A stretch of DNA of 64,000 bases from Nostoc sp. Lineage in GTDB: Bacteria; Cyanobacteriota; Cyanobacteriia; Cyanobacteriales; Nostocaceae. Positions 9,463 through 19,009 of this stretch are shown in pieces. The notes under the pieces were generated by a model. That model made no database searches, was not told the DNA's origin, and saw only the letters and a list, made by a program, of their open reading frames with translations. The position numbers were made by a program, and so were the translations under genes. The stretch spans positions 15,903 through 79,902 of the forward strand of contig JBALDB010000017.1 in assembly GCA_036918135.1 (NCBI GenBank), written 5' to 3'. The stretch's first letter is position 1; each line of letters begins with the position of its first letter.

Positions 9463-11115
9463 TTACTCTAAAGTTTTACTCAATCTATTTACTTTTCTAC
9501 GTTTATTTTGTTGAATAGGAACCTCAATTATTAACTTTGCTCCTTTTCCTAAAGATGAAATACATCGCAGTTGTCCCTGATGTTTTTCTGTGATAATTTG
9601 ATAGCTAATTGACATCCCTAAACCAGTTCCTTTGCCTACTACTTTAGTCGTGAAGAAGGGATCGAATAGACGTTGTTGAATTTCTTGGGACATTCCCCCT
9701 CCGTTATCAGCAATCTCAATAGCAACCCAATTTGAGTTGAGTAACTCAGTACGAATAATGATTTGTGGATTGTAACTTGACTGCTGATTTTTAATATGTA
9801 ATTCTTCCAAAGCATCGATCGCATTAGTAATAATGTTTATAAATACCTGGTTAAGTTGACCTGCGTAACACTCTATTAGAGGAAGTTGAGCATACTCTTT
9901 AATAATTTGGATTTGGGAACTATCAGGCTTAGCTTTGAGGCGATTTTGTAAAATCATTAGCGTACTATCAATTCCCTCGTGGATATTGACTGCTTTCATT
10001 TCTGCTTCATCTAGTCGCGAAAAGTTCCGCAATGAAAGTACAATGTTGCTAATGCGATTACTGCCGATTTGCATTGAATTTAGTAATTTTTTTAGGTCTT
10101 CAATTAGAAAATCTAACTCTATCGCTTCTATTTCTTCCTGAATCACTGATGTTGGTTGGGGATATTCTTTTTGGTAAAGTTGCAGTATTTTTAATAATTG
10201 TTGGATGTATTCTTTAGCATGGGTGATATTGCCATTGATAAAGTTAATCGGATTATTAATTTCATGAGCTACACCTGCGACCAATTGTCCCAAAGACGAC
10301 ATCTTTTCTGTTTGAATTAATTGTGCTTGGGTCTTTTGTAATTGTTCAAGGGTTTCTTGAAGTTGTTGATTTTTTAGGGTTAATTCCTGCTCCCGCTGTC
10401 GCAAAGCAGCCTCGGCTTTTTTGACAGCAGTAATATCTAAACCCATTTCTACAACCATTGGCTCACCATTCATATCCTTGAATGGATAATCGTAAATCTG
10501 ATATACCCGATCTGTTTTACTATCCACCCATTCCCAGAGTTGCGGAGCGTTGCTATTAAAAACACGAAAGGTAGGACATACAGGACAAGGTTGCTTTAAT
10601 CCGGCGATCGCCTCGTGACAACGTTTCCCTGTAGGGTCTCCAAATACCTCGCGAAAGCGTTGGTTAAAGAATCCCACCCCGTAATCCTTGGGTTGAAGAT
10701 ATAGAAAGGCTGGTAACTGATTGAGTAGGTTATAAAGGCTTTGGCGTTCAGTTTGTAGCGCTTCTATTCGCCGCAGTTGTTGGCTGATGTCTTTACCTAC
10801 TGCATAGATGAGTCCCTTTTGAGAAGTTGATAAACTCCAACACAGCCACCGATAACTGCCATCTTTATGAAGATAACGACTATCCCAGTGTAACTGCTGC
10901 TGTGGTTCTGTTGGCAGCTGACTGGTTGTGATATCTTCTGGATGCACTAATTCCAACCACGGATGTCCGATCAAGTTTTCGGCTTTCCATCCCAACACTT
11001 GTTCCCATGCTGGATTCACTTGCTGGTAAAAACCATCTTGTCTGATAATACAGAATAGGTCAGATGAAAGGTAAAAAAAGTCTTCCAGATTAAACACAGT
11101 AATCTTACCACTCAA
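9463..11115 (-). CDS. PAS-PAS sensor histidine kinase (NtrB-like HisKA)
   Basis: EKMSSLGQLVAGVAHEINNP H-box, GQLNQVFINIITNAIDA, PFFTTK..GKGTGLG; second PAS carries CHxxxxGxxxPCPVCP. Confidence 0.92.
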   Translation of the reverse strand: MSGKITVFNLEDFFYLSSDLFCIIRQDGFYQQVNPAWEQVLGWKAENLIGHPWLELVHPEDITTSQLPTEPQQQLHWDSRYLHKDGSYRWLCWSLSTSQKGLIYAVGKDISQQLRRIEALQTERQSLYNLLNQLPAFLYLQPKDYGVGFFNQRFREVFGDPTGKRCHEAIAGLKQPCPVCPTFRVFNSNAPQLWEWVDSKTDRVYQIYDYPFKDMNGEPMVVEMGLDITAVKKAEAALRQREQELTLKNQQLQETLEQLQKTQAQLIQTEKMSSLGQLVAGVAHEINNPINFINGNITHAKEYIQQLLKILQLYQKEYPQPTSVIQEEIEAIELDFLIEDLKKLLNSMQIGSNRISNIVLSLRNFSRLDEAEMKAVNIHEGIDSTLMILQNRLKAKPDSSQIQIIKEYAQLPLIECYAGQLNQVFINIITNAIDALEELHIKNQQSSYNPQIIIRTELLNSNWVAIEIADNGGGMSQEIQQRLFDPFFTTKVVGKGTGLGMSISYQIITEKHQGQLRCISSLGKGAKLIIEVPIQQNKRRKVNRLSKTLE

Positions 11116-11354
11116 GTTCTGCCTTCAAGGTAACTAGGCATATCCACTAACTTCAATGTTAAGATTACTGAAGTCGTTATATATAGTAATCTGATTTTAT
11201 TTGGGAAAAAATTTAAGTATATTTAGGGAAGCCAGCCTTGTAACAGTGGGTTTCCCCAATTGAGCAGAGTCGTAGTACGTTAGCAAAGTGTAAGGCATTC
11301 GCAAAAACCACAAGTTGTAATTTACATTTAATTGAAATTGTCCTTTAGATTTAT

Positions 11355-11978
11355 CTAAAATGCTGATGTTTGCGTTCCCACTGCTGATTGAATAACTAAA
11401 TCAGCAATCCCACCGAGTCCCGTACCAAATTCTGGAATTATAAACAGAAGCATCATCGCAAAAAGTCCAAATTGGGTATGTTCTAATGGTTTTAGCTTCG
11501 GAAAAATTTCACTGAAGACATGAAAGCCATCAAGTGGTGGAATTGGTAAGAGATTAAACACAAATAAGGTCAAATTGATTCGAGCCGCTAAGTAAAGAAA
11601 TTCGATACTAAAGAGTCCTGAAAAACTCAGATTAGAAAGAAGTTTCAGCATCACAATAAATAGAATGCCTAAAGTCAGATTTGATAATGGCCCAGCTGCG
11701 GATACTAAAATATTGCCCAGCTTAGGAGAACGAAACTTAGAAGGGTTGACAGGCATTTGTCCCCAAGCGATACCCATGAGACAGAGAAATATAATTGATT
11801 CTTTGCCCATATGAACTATAGGATTAAGCGTGAGATGACCAGTTTTTTGGGGGGTGTTATCTCCCTGACTCATAGCAGCCCAGCCGTGAGCAAGTTCATG
11901 CAAAGTGATAGAAAATATGACAATTATAATGATTCTGAAAAAATAAATCGGCTCTGTGATTAATGTTTCAATAAACAT
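11355..11978 (-). CDS. Site-2 protease (peptidase M50)
   Basis: HELAH, AGPLSN and NLLPIPPLDG motifs. Confidence 0.92.
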   Translation of the reverse strand: MFIETLITEPIYFFRIIIIVIFSITLHELAHGWAAMSQGDNTPQKTGHLTLNPIVHMGKESIIFLCLMGIAWGQMPVNPSKFRSPKLGNILVSAAGPLSNLTLGILFIVMLKLLSNLSFSGLFSIEFLYLAARINLTLFVFNLLPIPPLDGFHVFSEIFPKLKPLEHTQFGLFAMMLLFIIPEFGTGLGGIADLVIQSAVGTQTSAF

Positions 11979-12796
11979 ATATTTTTGTTTTTGGTATGGT
12001 AGAAGCTAAAATTTAGGCTTTTTAAGGACTAAGTTAAAACGTGTACCTCACTTTTGTAGATATATACCGTTCTACAAACTGAGGTTGATACTTTTCGTAT
12101 TCTTTGCCAAATATTTATTTTTACAAAACGAAATGCTCTAGATTAGTTGATATGAGCGATCGCCAAGCCAGACAACTCTTTAAAGTCAGCTTTTTCTCAC
12201 TACAACCATCGAGTTCTTATCTCTGCCAATTGCAACGCATAGCAAAGCTGAGTCAGATAGTTTTAGTATCATAATTTACTATCTTTTGGTAATGCCCCAT
12301 TTGTGTATTTACAAGTTAATGATATAAATTTTACCAAATAAATACGTAATCTTCTCCGGTATTATTTGGTATTTATGATAAAGAAAACTTAAAAAGTAAA
12401 TTATTTTTAATTGATTATATAGTTGATAAAAAATTTTTAATAACACTTTAAAGGTGAAAAAAGTACCAGTAAATACGGATTAATTTTAAATTTTTAGAGG
12501 TAAAAACTTGAGATTTTTAGTCCTTACTTAGGTATTTCAAAAAAATAAAATACTCCTGAGTCAATAACTAGATAATAAATTATCGATATTTCAGCTTTGT
12601 TGATATTTAATAGCAACTGTAGTTTCACGTATATAAAAATAAAGTCACTACTGTCTTTTTACTTTGTATAATATTTTTTAAAGTTAATTTTATTACCTGA
12701 TACCGCAATAGATTTACTAATAATCTTTAAGAAAATTATCCAGAAATCAACTTCAATGAGACAATCTGACCTAATCTTCTCAACCTCAAGGAAGAC

Positions 12797-13072
12797 ATGA
12801 ACAATCGCACAAAGGCTCTCCAGGCTCTCGCGGCTGAACGTTGGCGGGTATCGCTGATTCTGAGTGGAGCCATGATGTTAATTTACTTTGGTTTTATCCT
12901 GTTAATCGCCTTCAATAAGCCTCTGTTGGGGTCATTAGTAGTTCCAGGTCTGAGTCTGGGAATTTTACTAGGGGCGCTGGTAATTGTCTCAGCATGGGTA
13001 TTAATTTTTATTTACGTGCGTTGGGCAAACAGCAGTTACGATGACCAAATCGCAAACCTGACACGCAAGTGA
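12797..13072 (+). CDS. DUF485 (YjcH-like) membrane protein
   Basis: Two TM helices, YVRWAN..YD motif, directly upstream of actP. Confidence 0.88.
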   Translation: MNNRTKALQALAAERWRVSLILSGAMMLIYFGFILLIAFNKPLLGSLVVPGLSLGILLGALVIVSAWVLIFIYVRWANSSYDDQIANLTRK

Positions 13073-13126
13073 ATTAATTATTAGCAATTTCTAGTCCAAA
13101 ATCCCAAATATTAAACCCAAATAAGC

Positions 13127-14701
13127 ATGAATATTGTGTTTTGGTGCGATCTGCCAGTAGCGGCAGCGGATATTTCCAGACTTGGCCAGTTTAACCCGTT
13201 GGCGATCGCTTTCTTTTTTGTGTTTGTTGCAACTTCTTTAGGCATTACCTATTGGGCAGCAAAGCTCACTAAAAGTACGTCACACTTTTACACAGCTGAC
13301 GGTAAAATCAGCGGTTTCCAAAATGGGGTAGCCTTGGCGGGAGACTTCATGAGTGCAGCTAGCTTTTTAGGTATCGCTGGGTTGGTGGCACTCAACGGCT
13401 TTGACGGCTTGATTTATTCTATCGGCTTCTTGGTGGGCTGGCCAATTGTGATGTTTCTAATTGCGGAACCACTACGTAACTTAGGCAAATACACTTTTGC
13501 CGATGTGGTAGCTTATCGCTTGCGCCAAAAACCTGTACGCATAGCATCTGCGATTGGAACCTTGGCAGTGATTAGCTTCTATTTAATTGCCCAGATGGTA
13601 GGTGCTGGCGAACTAATCAAACTATTGTTTGGCTTTGATTACGAATTAGCTGTGGTCATCGTCGGTTGTGTGATGATGGCTTATGTAATTTTTGGCGGCA
13701 TGATTGCCACAACTTGGGTACAAATTATCAAAGCAGTTCTGTTGCTTGGCGGAACTATCTTACTATCTATCTTAGTACTGGCACGATTTGGCTTTAACCC
13801 GATCGCTCTTTTTGCCGCTGCATCTGAGAAATATACAGGTGTATTAGCTCCAGGCAAACAGGTTTCTGACCCCTTCGATGCTATTTCTTTAGGGATGTCG
13901 TTGATGTTCGGCACTGCTGGACTACCCCACATTCTGATGCGTTTCTATACAGTACCCGATGCCAAAGCAGCGCGAGTATCTGTTAGTTACGCCACAGCTA
14001 TTATTGGCGCTTTTTATCTTTTGACCTTCATTTTAGGCTTTGGGGCGATGGTACTAGTTGGTCAAGATGCCATCAAGGAAATTAATACTAGTGGTAATAT
14101 GGCTGCACCAATGTTGGCAGAATTTCTCGGTGGTGATGCTTTCTTAGGCTTTATAGCTGCTGTTTCCTTTGCAACCATTTTGGCGGTTGTGGCTGGGTTG
14201 ACACTTTCAGGTGCAGCTGCATTGTCTCACGATTTGTGGGTGAACGTGGTGCGCTCCGGTCATGCTGATGAGTCAGAACAGCTGAAGGTGGCTCGCGGTG
14301 CAACAATGCTTTTGGGGTTAGTAGCTATACTCTTGGGCATCTTGTTTAAAGGACAAAACGTGGCTTATATGGTAGGTTTAGCATTTGCGATCGCTGCTAG
14401 TGCCAACTTCCCAGCCTTGCTGCTATCAATGCTTTGGCGACGCTTCACCACCAACGGGGCGGTTGCAAGTATGGTAGTAGGTACTTTCTCTTCATTAATA
14501 CTGATTTATTTGTCACCTACTATTCAGGTAACAATTCTCAAGCACGCTTCTGCACCCTTCCCACTGAAAAATCCTGGATTAGTCACTATTCCTCTAGCAT
14601 TTATTGTGGCGATTGTTGTTTCACTATTGAGTAATGAACGGCAGGCGCAGGAAAAATTTGCAGAAGTTGAGGATCGCATCCACATTGGTTCTGGGATGTG
14701 A
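13127..14701 (+). CDS. actP: Cation/acetate symporter (SSS family)
   Basis: [47 protein letters not shown] motifs. Confidence 0.9.
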   Translation: MNIVFWCDLPVAAADISRLGQFNPLAIAFFFVFVATSLGITYWAAKLTKSTSHFYTADGKISGFQNGVALAGDFMSAASFLGIAGLVALNGFDGLIYSIGFLVGWPIVMFLIAEPLRNLGKYTFADVVAYRLRQKPVRIASAIGTLAVISFYLIAQMVGAGELIKLLFGFDYELAVVIVGCVMMAYVIFGGMIATTWVQIIKAVLLLGGTILLSILVLARFGFNPIALFAAASEKYTGVLAPGKQVSDPFDAISLGMSLMFGTAGLPHILMRFYTVPDAKAARVSVSYATAIIGAFYLLTFILGFGAMVLVGQDAIKEINTSGNMAAPMLAEFLGGDAFLGFIAAVSFATILAVVAGLTLSGAAALSHDLWVNVVRSGHADESEQLKVARGATMLLGLVAILLGILFKGQNVAYMVGLAFAIAASANFPALLLSMLWRRFTTNGAVASMVVGTFSSLILIYLSPTIQVTILKHASAPFPLKNPGLVTIPLAFIVAIVVSLLSNERQAQEKFAEVEDRIHIGSGM

Positions 14702-14704
14702 TTT

Positions 14705-14795
14705 TATACCAGGAGGCAGGAGGCAGAAGGTAAAACATTACTATTCCTGACATCCAAGCTTTCAAGATGTCCTAACCTTTAATTCGGTTGCTATA
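14705..14795. mobile_element. MITE-like dispersed element (copy 2)
   Basis: Similar to 9308-9407; ends GCTATA. Confidence 0.55.
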
Positions 14796-14909
14796 TCAAA
14801 TATAATTCGTAATTTCTAATTCGTAATTCGTAATTGAATTCTTAATTACGAATTACATAGCTTACTTCTCGCCAAAAACGAGTATTGTAACTAAAACCTT
14901 GGTTTATAT

Positions 14910-15791
14910 CTACTGTCCAAGTTCTTTAATGTTTTTTGTCACTTGTTGATATAAATCATTGTTACCTTGAGTTTGAAACATGTTTGCTGCTTGTTCCAAA
15001 TCCTTCAATGCTCCCTCTTTGTCTCCATTGGTAGCGCGGGCATTTCCTCGATTGTTGTAAGCAGGGGCAAAGTTAGGATTGAGGCGAATTGCTTCATTGT
15101 AATCTGCGATCGCTCCTTGGGGATCTCCATTGGCAGCGCGGGCATTTCCTCGGTTATTGTAGGCGATTGCATATCTAGGGTTGAGGGCAATGGTTTGGTC
15201 AAAATCATCTAGCGCCCCTTTTTTGTCTCCTAATGAAGCGCGGGCATTTCCTCGGTTATTATAGGCTTCGGCATAGTTGGGATTCAGGCGAATCGCTTCA
15301 CTGTAATCTTTAACTGCTTCTCGGTTATTTCCTAGTGAGGCGCGGGCATTTCCTCGGTTATTGTAGGCTTCGGCGTTGTTGGGATCGATCCGTAGCGCTT
15401 GATTGTAATCTGCAATCGCTTTTTCCTTGTCTCCCAAGTCAAAGTAGGCTAATCCCCGGCCATTGTATGCAGCGACATATTCGGAATTCTGATCTATTGC
15501 CTTATTATAGGAAGCGATCGCCGCTTGCAAATCGCCGTTGACATGCTGATTCTTTCCCTGAACATAAAATGCTTCAGCTTTGGATCTGATAGGTGAACGA
15601 CGGCTAGGTGTACTAACTCCGATTTCGGTTACCAATACATTATCATTTTTACTGCAAGAAACGCTACTAATTGCTGTCAATGTAGTAAAAATAGCTATGG
15701 TAAATACTTTATTTACCTTTGTTCGCTTTTGCCCAAATAAACGCCGTATCATAAGTTGAGATATGCCTTGAAGAAGAATCCACCAATTCAC
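14910..15791 (-). CDS. TPR-repeat protein, probably a lipoprotein
   Basis: Several 34-aa AYNNRGNA repeats; hydrophobic stretch ending SVSC. True start probably downstream of the ORF start. Confidence 0.9.
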   Translation of the reverse strand: MNWWILLQGISQLMIRRLFGQKRTKVNKVFTIAIFTTLTAISSVSCSKNDNVLVTEIGVSTPSRRSPIRSKAEAFYVQGKNQHVNGDLQAAIASYNKAIDQNSEYVAAYNGRGLAYFDLGDKEKAIADYNQALRIDPNNAEAYNNRGNARASLGNNREAVKDYSEAIRLNPNYAEAYNNRGNARASLGDKKGALDDFDQTIALNPRYAIAYNNRGNARAANGDPQGAIADYNEAIRLNPNFAPAYNNRGNARATNGDKEGALKDLEQAANMFQTQGNNDLYQQVTKNIKELGQ

Positions 15792-16194
15792 AATTCAGAA
15801 GTCAGAACAAGAAAATCTGGTGACTAATGTCTTCATTCTTTCTTGAGAACACCTGAAATAAAGTAATACCAAAATCTAGATTTTAATTCTTTAGCAGCAT
15901 AATTTTTCTAACTTTTGATACAGCTTTCAAGAAATTTAGTTACTTGACGTACCAATTTTAGATTTAAGATTTTAAATTAAAAATTATTTCTCTGCTCTTG
16001 CAAAAAAGTAAGGTACATGCGCCGATGCCACTTGGTTTATATCAAAATTCATCCACCACAATGGCTAATCCTAGTGGGCAAAACAAATCCTTTCATTCAA
16101 AATTTGAAATCCTCAAGCCCTGTACCTTTGTCAATGTCGCCATGACGGTTATTTCAGCGGACATGATATGATTAATCTTTAACCAAACTTGGTA

Positions 16195-17115
16195 TTACTC
16201 ACTCTCCGTTTCAGTATCTTGAGTTTTGGGAGTTAGCCGCCAAGCAGTGGTTTTGTCTATATCTACAGACAATTGTTCTAGATTTTGCCCTAAATCTTTT
16301 TGGAGTTTCTGAGTTAGTGTAATCGGAAAATCTAAATTCAGACCTTGGGTTTGTGCTAAATTTACCAATTCTGTAAACGTAGTTTTGACTATGGTACGTT
16401 CGTAACTACTCAGTTTATAATCTGTAGTTTCAGATATATTCTGAGCTTGCATCGCTTTTTTTATACGTTCTTGCAAATGCTCAAATTCTGAATTTAACAA
16501 TTTCCATTGCTGCTCAAGTTGCGAATATCTAGCACTGAGCATTCTTAAATCTTCCGTTGCCGGATCCGGACTGGTTTGGGCTTGTAATTTTAACAAATTT
16601 GAGTGGATTTGAGCCAGATAAATACAATCTAGATAAGCATACTCTATTTGTTCTTCAGTTAGAGGACGTTTTCCCCAATCGCTTTGTTGTTCTTGTTTGT
16701 CGATATTATTAAAACTACAAAGTGCAGTAGCTAAAGTTTGGAGTTGGTAATTTGGTAATGGCAAGAGATAATAAGGAATTTTCTTGGCTATTTCCAAAGT
16801 ACAAGTAATATTTTTTGCTTTCTTATTACCGAGAAATTTTAGATCGTAACTAGCATTATGAAAAACTTTTTCAATGCTAGAATTTAACATGATTTCTTGA
16901 ATAAATTCAGCTATAATATCAGGTTGTTCTAGGACATCTAAAAGGTAAACGCGATCGCCACTCATATCATCAGGATTATCTAATACCTGAATCAGCGACA
17001 GCTTGGGATTGCGGCTTTTATAGTCAGCCACTTCTGTATCTATCCACAGTGTTTTAGCTTGAGTATATTCAGCGACAATGGCGTAAATTTCGCGGGCGGA
17101 AGTAAGGTAGGGCAT
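16195..17115 (-). CDS. RNase D-like 3'-5' exonuclease (DEDDy)
   Basis: IDTE, FHNASYDL, SDW..RPLT..Q..YAYLD motifs; C-terminal coiled coil. Confidence 0.88.
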   Translation of the reverse strand: MPYLTSAREIYAIVAEYTQAKTLWIDTEVADYKSRNPKLSLIQVLDNPDDMSGDRVYLLDVLEQPDIIAEFIQEIMLNSSIEKVFHNASYDLKFLGNKKAKNITCTLEIAKKIPYYLLPLPNYQLQTLATALCSFNNIDKQEQQSDWGKRPLTEEQIEYAYLDCIYLAQIHSNLLKLQAQTSPDPATEDLRMLSARYSQLEQQWKLLNSEFEHLQERIKKAMQAQNISETTDYKLSSYERTIVKTTFTELVNLAQTQGLNLDFPITLTQKLQKDLGQNLEQLSVDIDKTTAWRLTPKTQDTETESE

Positions 17116-17595
17116 TGGCTAATCTTTCCTGATATTTTGGGCATTGTCAGCAAGCCATAGTTTTTTAAAGTAACATTTTGTTGGTAATTTTGCTGGCAGA
17201 GAATTGGAAAAACGCTGAAATTTTTAGTTGCATAGGCCGGGTTATTGTAGATATCGCCAAACTTGCTCAAATCTGATAACATCAAATCACTACTATAGGG
17301 CAGCATAGTCTCATTCCAAGAAAACTAGTTGGCATCTACCAGGAATTGACAGACAGCCGCAGACTGATGCAGAGCTATACTAGTCAGCAGCCCTAAAAAA
17401 ATCGAATTGGTGCTTCTCCAAATTTTTTAGTTATTAGTCATTGGTCATTAGTCATTAGTCATTTGCAAAGTACAAATGGTAAAAGATAAATGACAGAGGA
17501 CAAATGACAAACAACAAATAAAAATTTTTAACATTCGCTCCTCACCATCACACACCTTAATTAATCGCTTCAAGTACTGAATTCGGAGATAAATA

Positions 17596-18066
17596 ATGAA
17601 AAAGCTAATTCCATTTCTAGTTAGTGGTATTCTAGTAATTGGTGCTGTTGGTTGCCAAGAAGCTACTAAAACTGGTTCGGAAACTCCTAGCACTACCAAT
17701 GAAGCCTCCCAAACATCAGCTACACCAGCTTCCGAAACCAATCCAACTATCGATAAAAGTGTTAATGTTCCAGCACAACCAACCACTATTACACCACCTT
17801 CTATAGACACTAAAGTTCAAACCGATTCCCCAAAAACCGCAGCAACAAAAACTGAAAGTAATTTAAAAACTGAAGTTAGTAAAAAGTTGAATACAGGTTT
17901 ACCAGGGAATAAGTTACAAGTTGAAAACAAAGAGAGTGAAATTATCCTCAAAGGTACAGCGACTTCTGTTGATGAACTTAAAAAAGCTGAAACTTTGGCT
18001 AAGGAAGTTCAAGGTGTAAAAACAGTGAAGGTAAAAGTAAAAGTTGATGCTGTGAAAAAGCCATAG
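17596..18066 (+). CDS. BON-domain lipoprotein
   Basis: Lipobox AVGC, Thr/Pro-rich linker, C-terminal BON-like segment (ILKGTA...AETLAKEVQGVKTV). Confidence 0.85.
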   Translation: MKKLIPFLVSGILVIGAVGCQEATKTGSETPSTTNEASQTSATPASETNPTIDKSVNVPAQPTTITPPSIDTKVQTDSPKTAATKTESNLKTEVSKKLNTGLPGNKLQVENKESEIILKGTATSVDELKKAETLAKEVQGVKTVKVKVKVDAVKKP

Positions 18067-18158
18067 GAGAATAGCTGAACTTCTAGTTAAGTAGCTCAAG
18101 TAAAAAAAACGTAAGATGTAGTTACTGCAAAGAGTACGGCATCCCGGTAGACTATATT

Positions 18159-18195
18159 AAAAGGGTGCGTTGGGCTGTATGACAACGCACCCTTT
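18159..18195. terminator. Stem-loop, probable terminator
   Basis: AAAGGGTGCGTTG...CAACGCACCCTTT inverted repeat. Confidence 0.55.
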
Positions 18196-18398
18196 TATGG
18201 GAGCTTTGAGATGTTCATCGACACCACTCGCCGAATCGCCGAAACCCTATATTTTTTATTAAATGGTGTCGATGCCTTACAGGACAACGATTTGAGGTAT
18301 ACATTTTACTTAATTTCGCACAAAATATATAATCTTTTTGAGAGTGGTGTCGATTTGGTAGCTGAAAGCCTTACGGGGCAAAGCCTCCTAGACGAACT

Positions 18399-18506
18399 CT
18401 TTACCGATTGCTTGAAATCGGAATTAATGGAAACGATGCAATTTTAGCCACAGGAATAATCTCAGGAACCTTTACCGATACGCTTTAAATCGGGATTAGG
18501 GATTAG
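18399..18506 (+). CRISPR. Orphan minimal CRISPR array: 36-bp repeat, 35-bp spacer, degenerate terminal repeat, leader-like sequence upstream (~18210-18398)
   Basis: Repeat CTTTACCGATTGCTTGAAATCGGAATTAATGGAAAC (18399-18434) has a CCGATT/AATCGG stem and GAAAC end. Spacer 18435-18469. Second copy CTTTACCGATACGCTTTAAATCGGGATTAG.. starts at 18470. Confidence 0.75.
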
Positions 18507-18809
18507 CAAAAAATAAATTACTACTACTTGTGGGGTGGGCGTCTCGCCCGCCCATAAACCAATACAGTTAAATTAAAAAGAATTGTAAGTTGGGTTATAG
18601 CTTGCTTCAACGTTCGCGTAGCGTCCTGCAAGGAAGTGGTACGAAGTGAAACTCAACAAAGCCTTGATAACGTTGGGTTTTGTTCCTCAATCTAACCTAC
18701 TCAGTTTTATTTTTTAGCCTTAACTGAACCGTATTGGAATATAACTAAAGAAAGAGGCATAGTTATTCAACTCCCTTGTTTGGGTTCTCTGTTGGCTCCT
18801 GTGGCTTAA

Positions 18810-18918
18810 TATAGCCGTAGTCATATAGGCTAGGACATAATAACAAGCGTGAATGTCAGCAAGAGTAATGTTTTTACCTCCTGCCTCCAGCAAGAACTGC
18901 CCCCTGCCTCCTGCTATA
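18810..18918. mobile_element. MITE-like dispersed element (copy 3, inverted)
   Basis: Reverse complement similar to 9308-9407; TATAGC...GCTATA ends. Confidence 0.65.
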
Positions 18919-19009
18919 ATCCTAAATTCTCTCCCCTACCCTCTTGCGATTCTGGAATTAGTTGATACACTTGTTCTTCAATAGCCATTAGTCCAGTTAA
19001 CCAGCGCCT

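Noticed and set aside
17040..17306. 88-aa ORF overlapping the exonuclease start
   Set aside because: No recognisable family, and it overlaps a real gene.
18211..18447. 78-aa ORF
   Set aside because: It spans the CRISPR leader and first repeat, so it is most likely a spurious frame.
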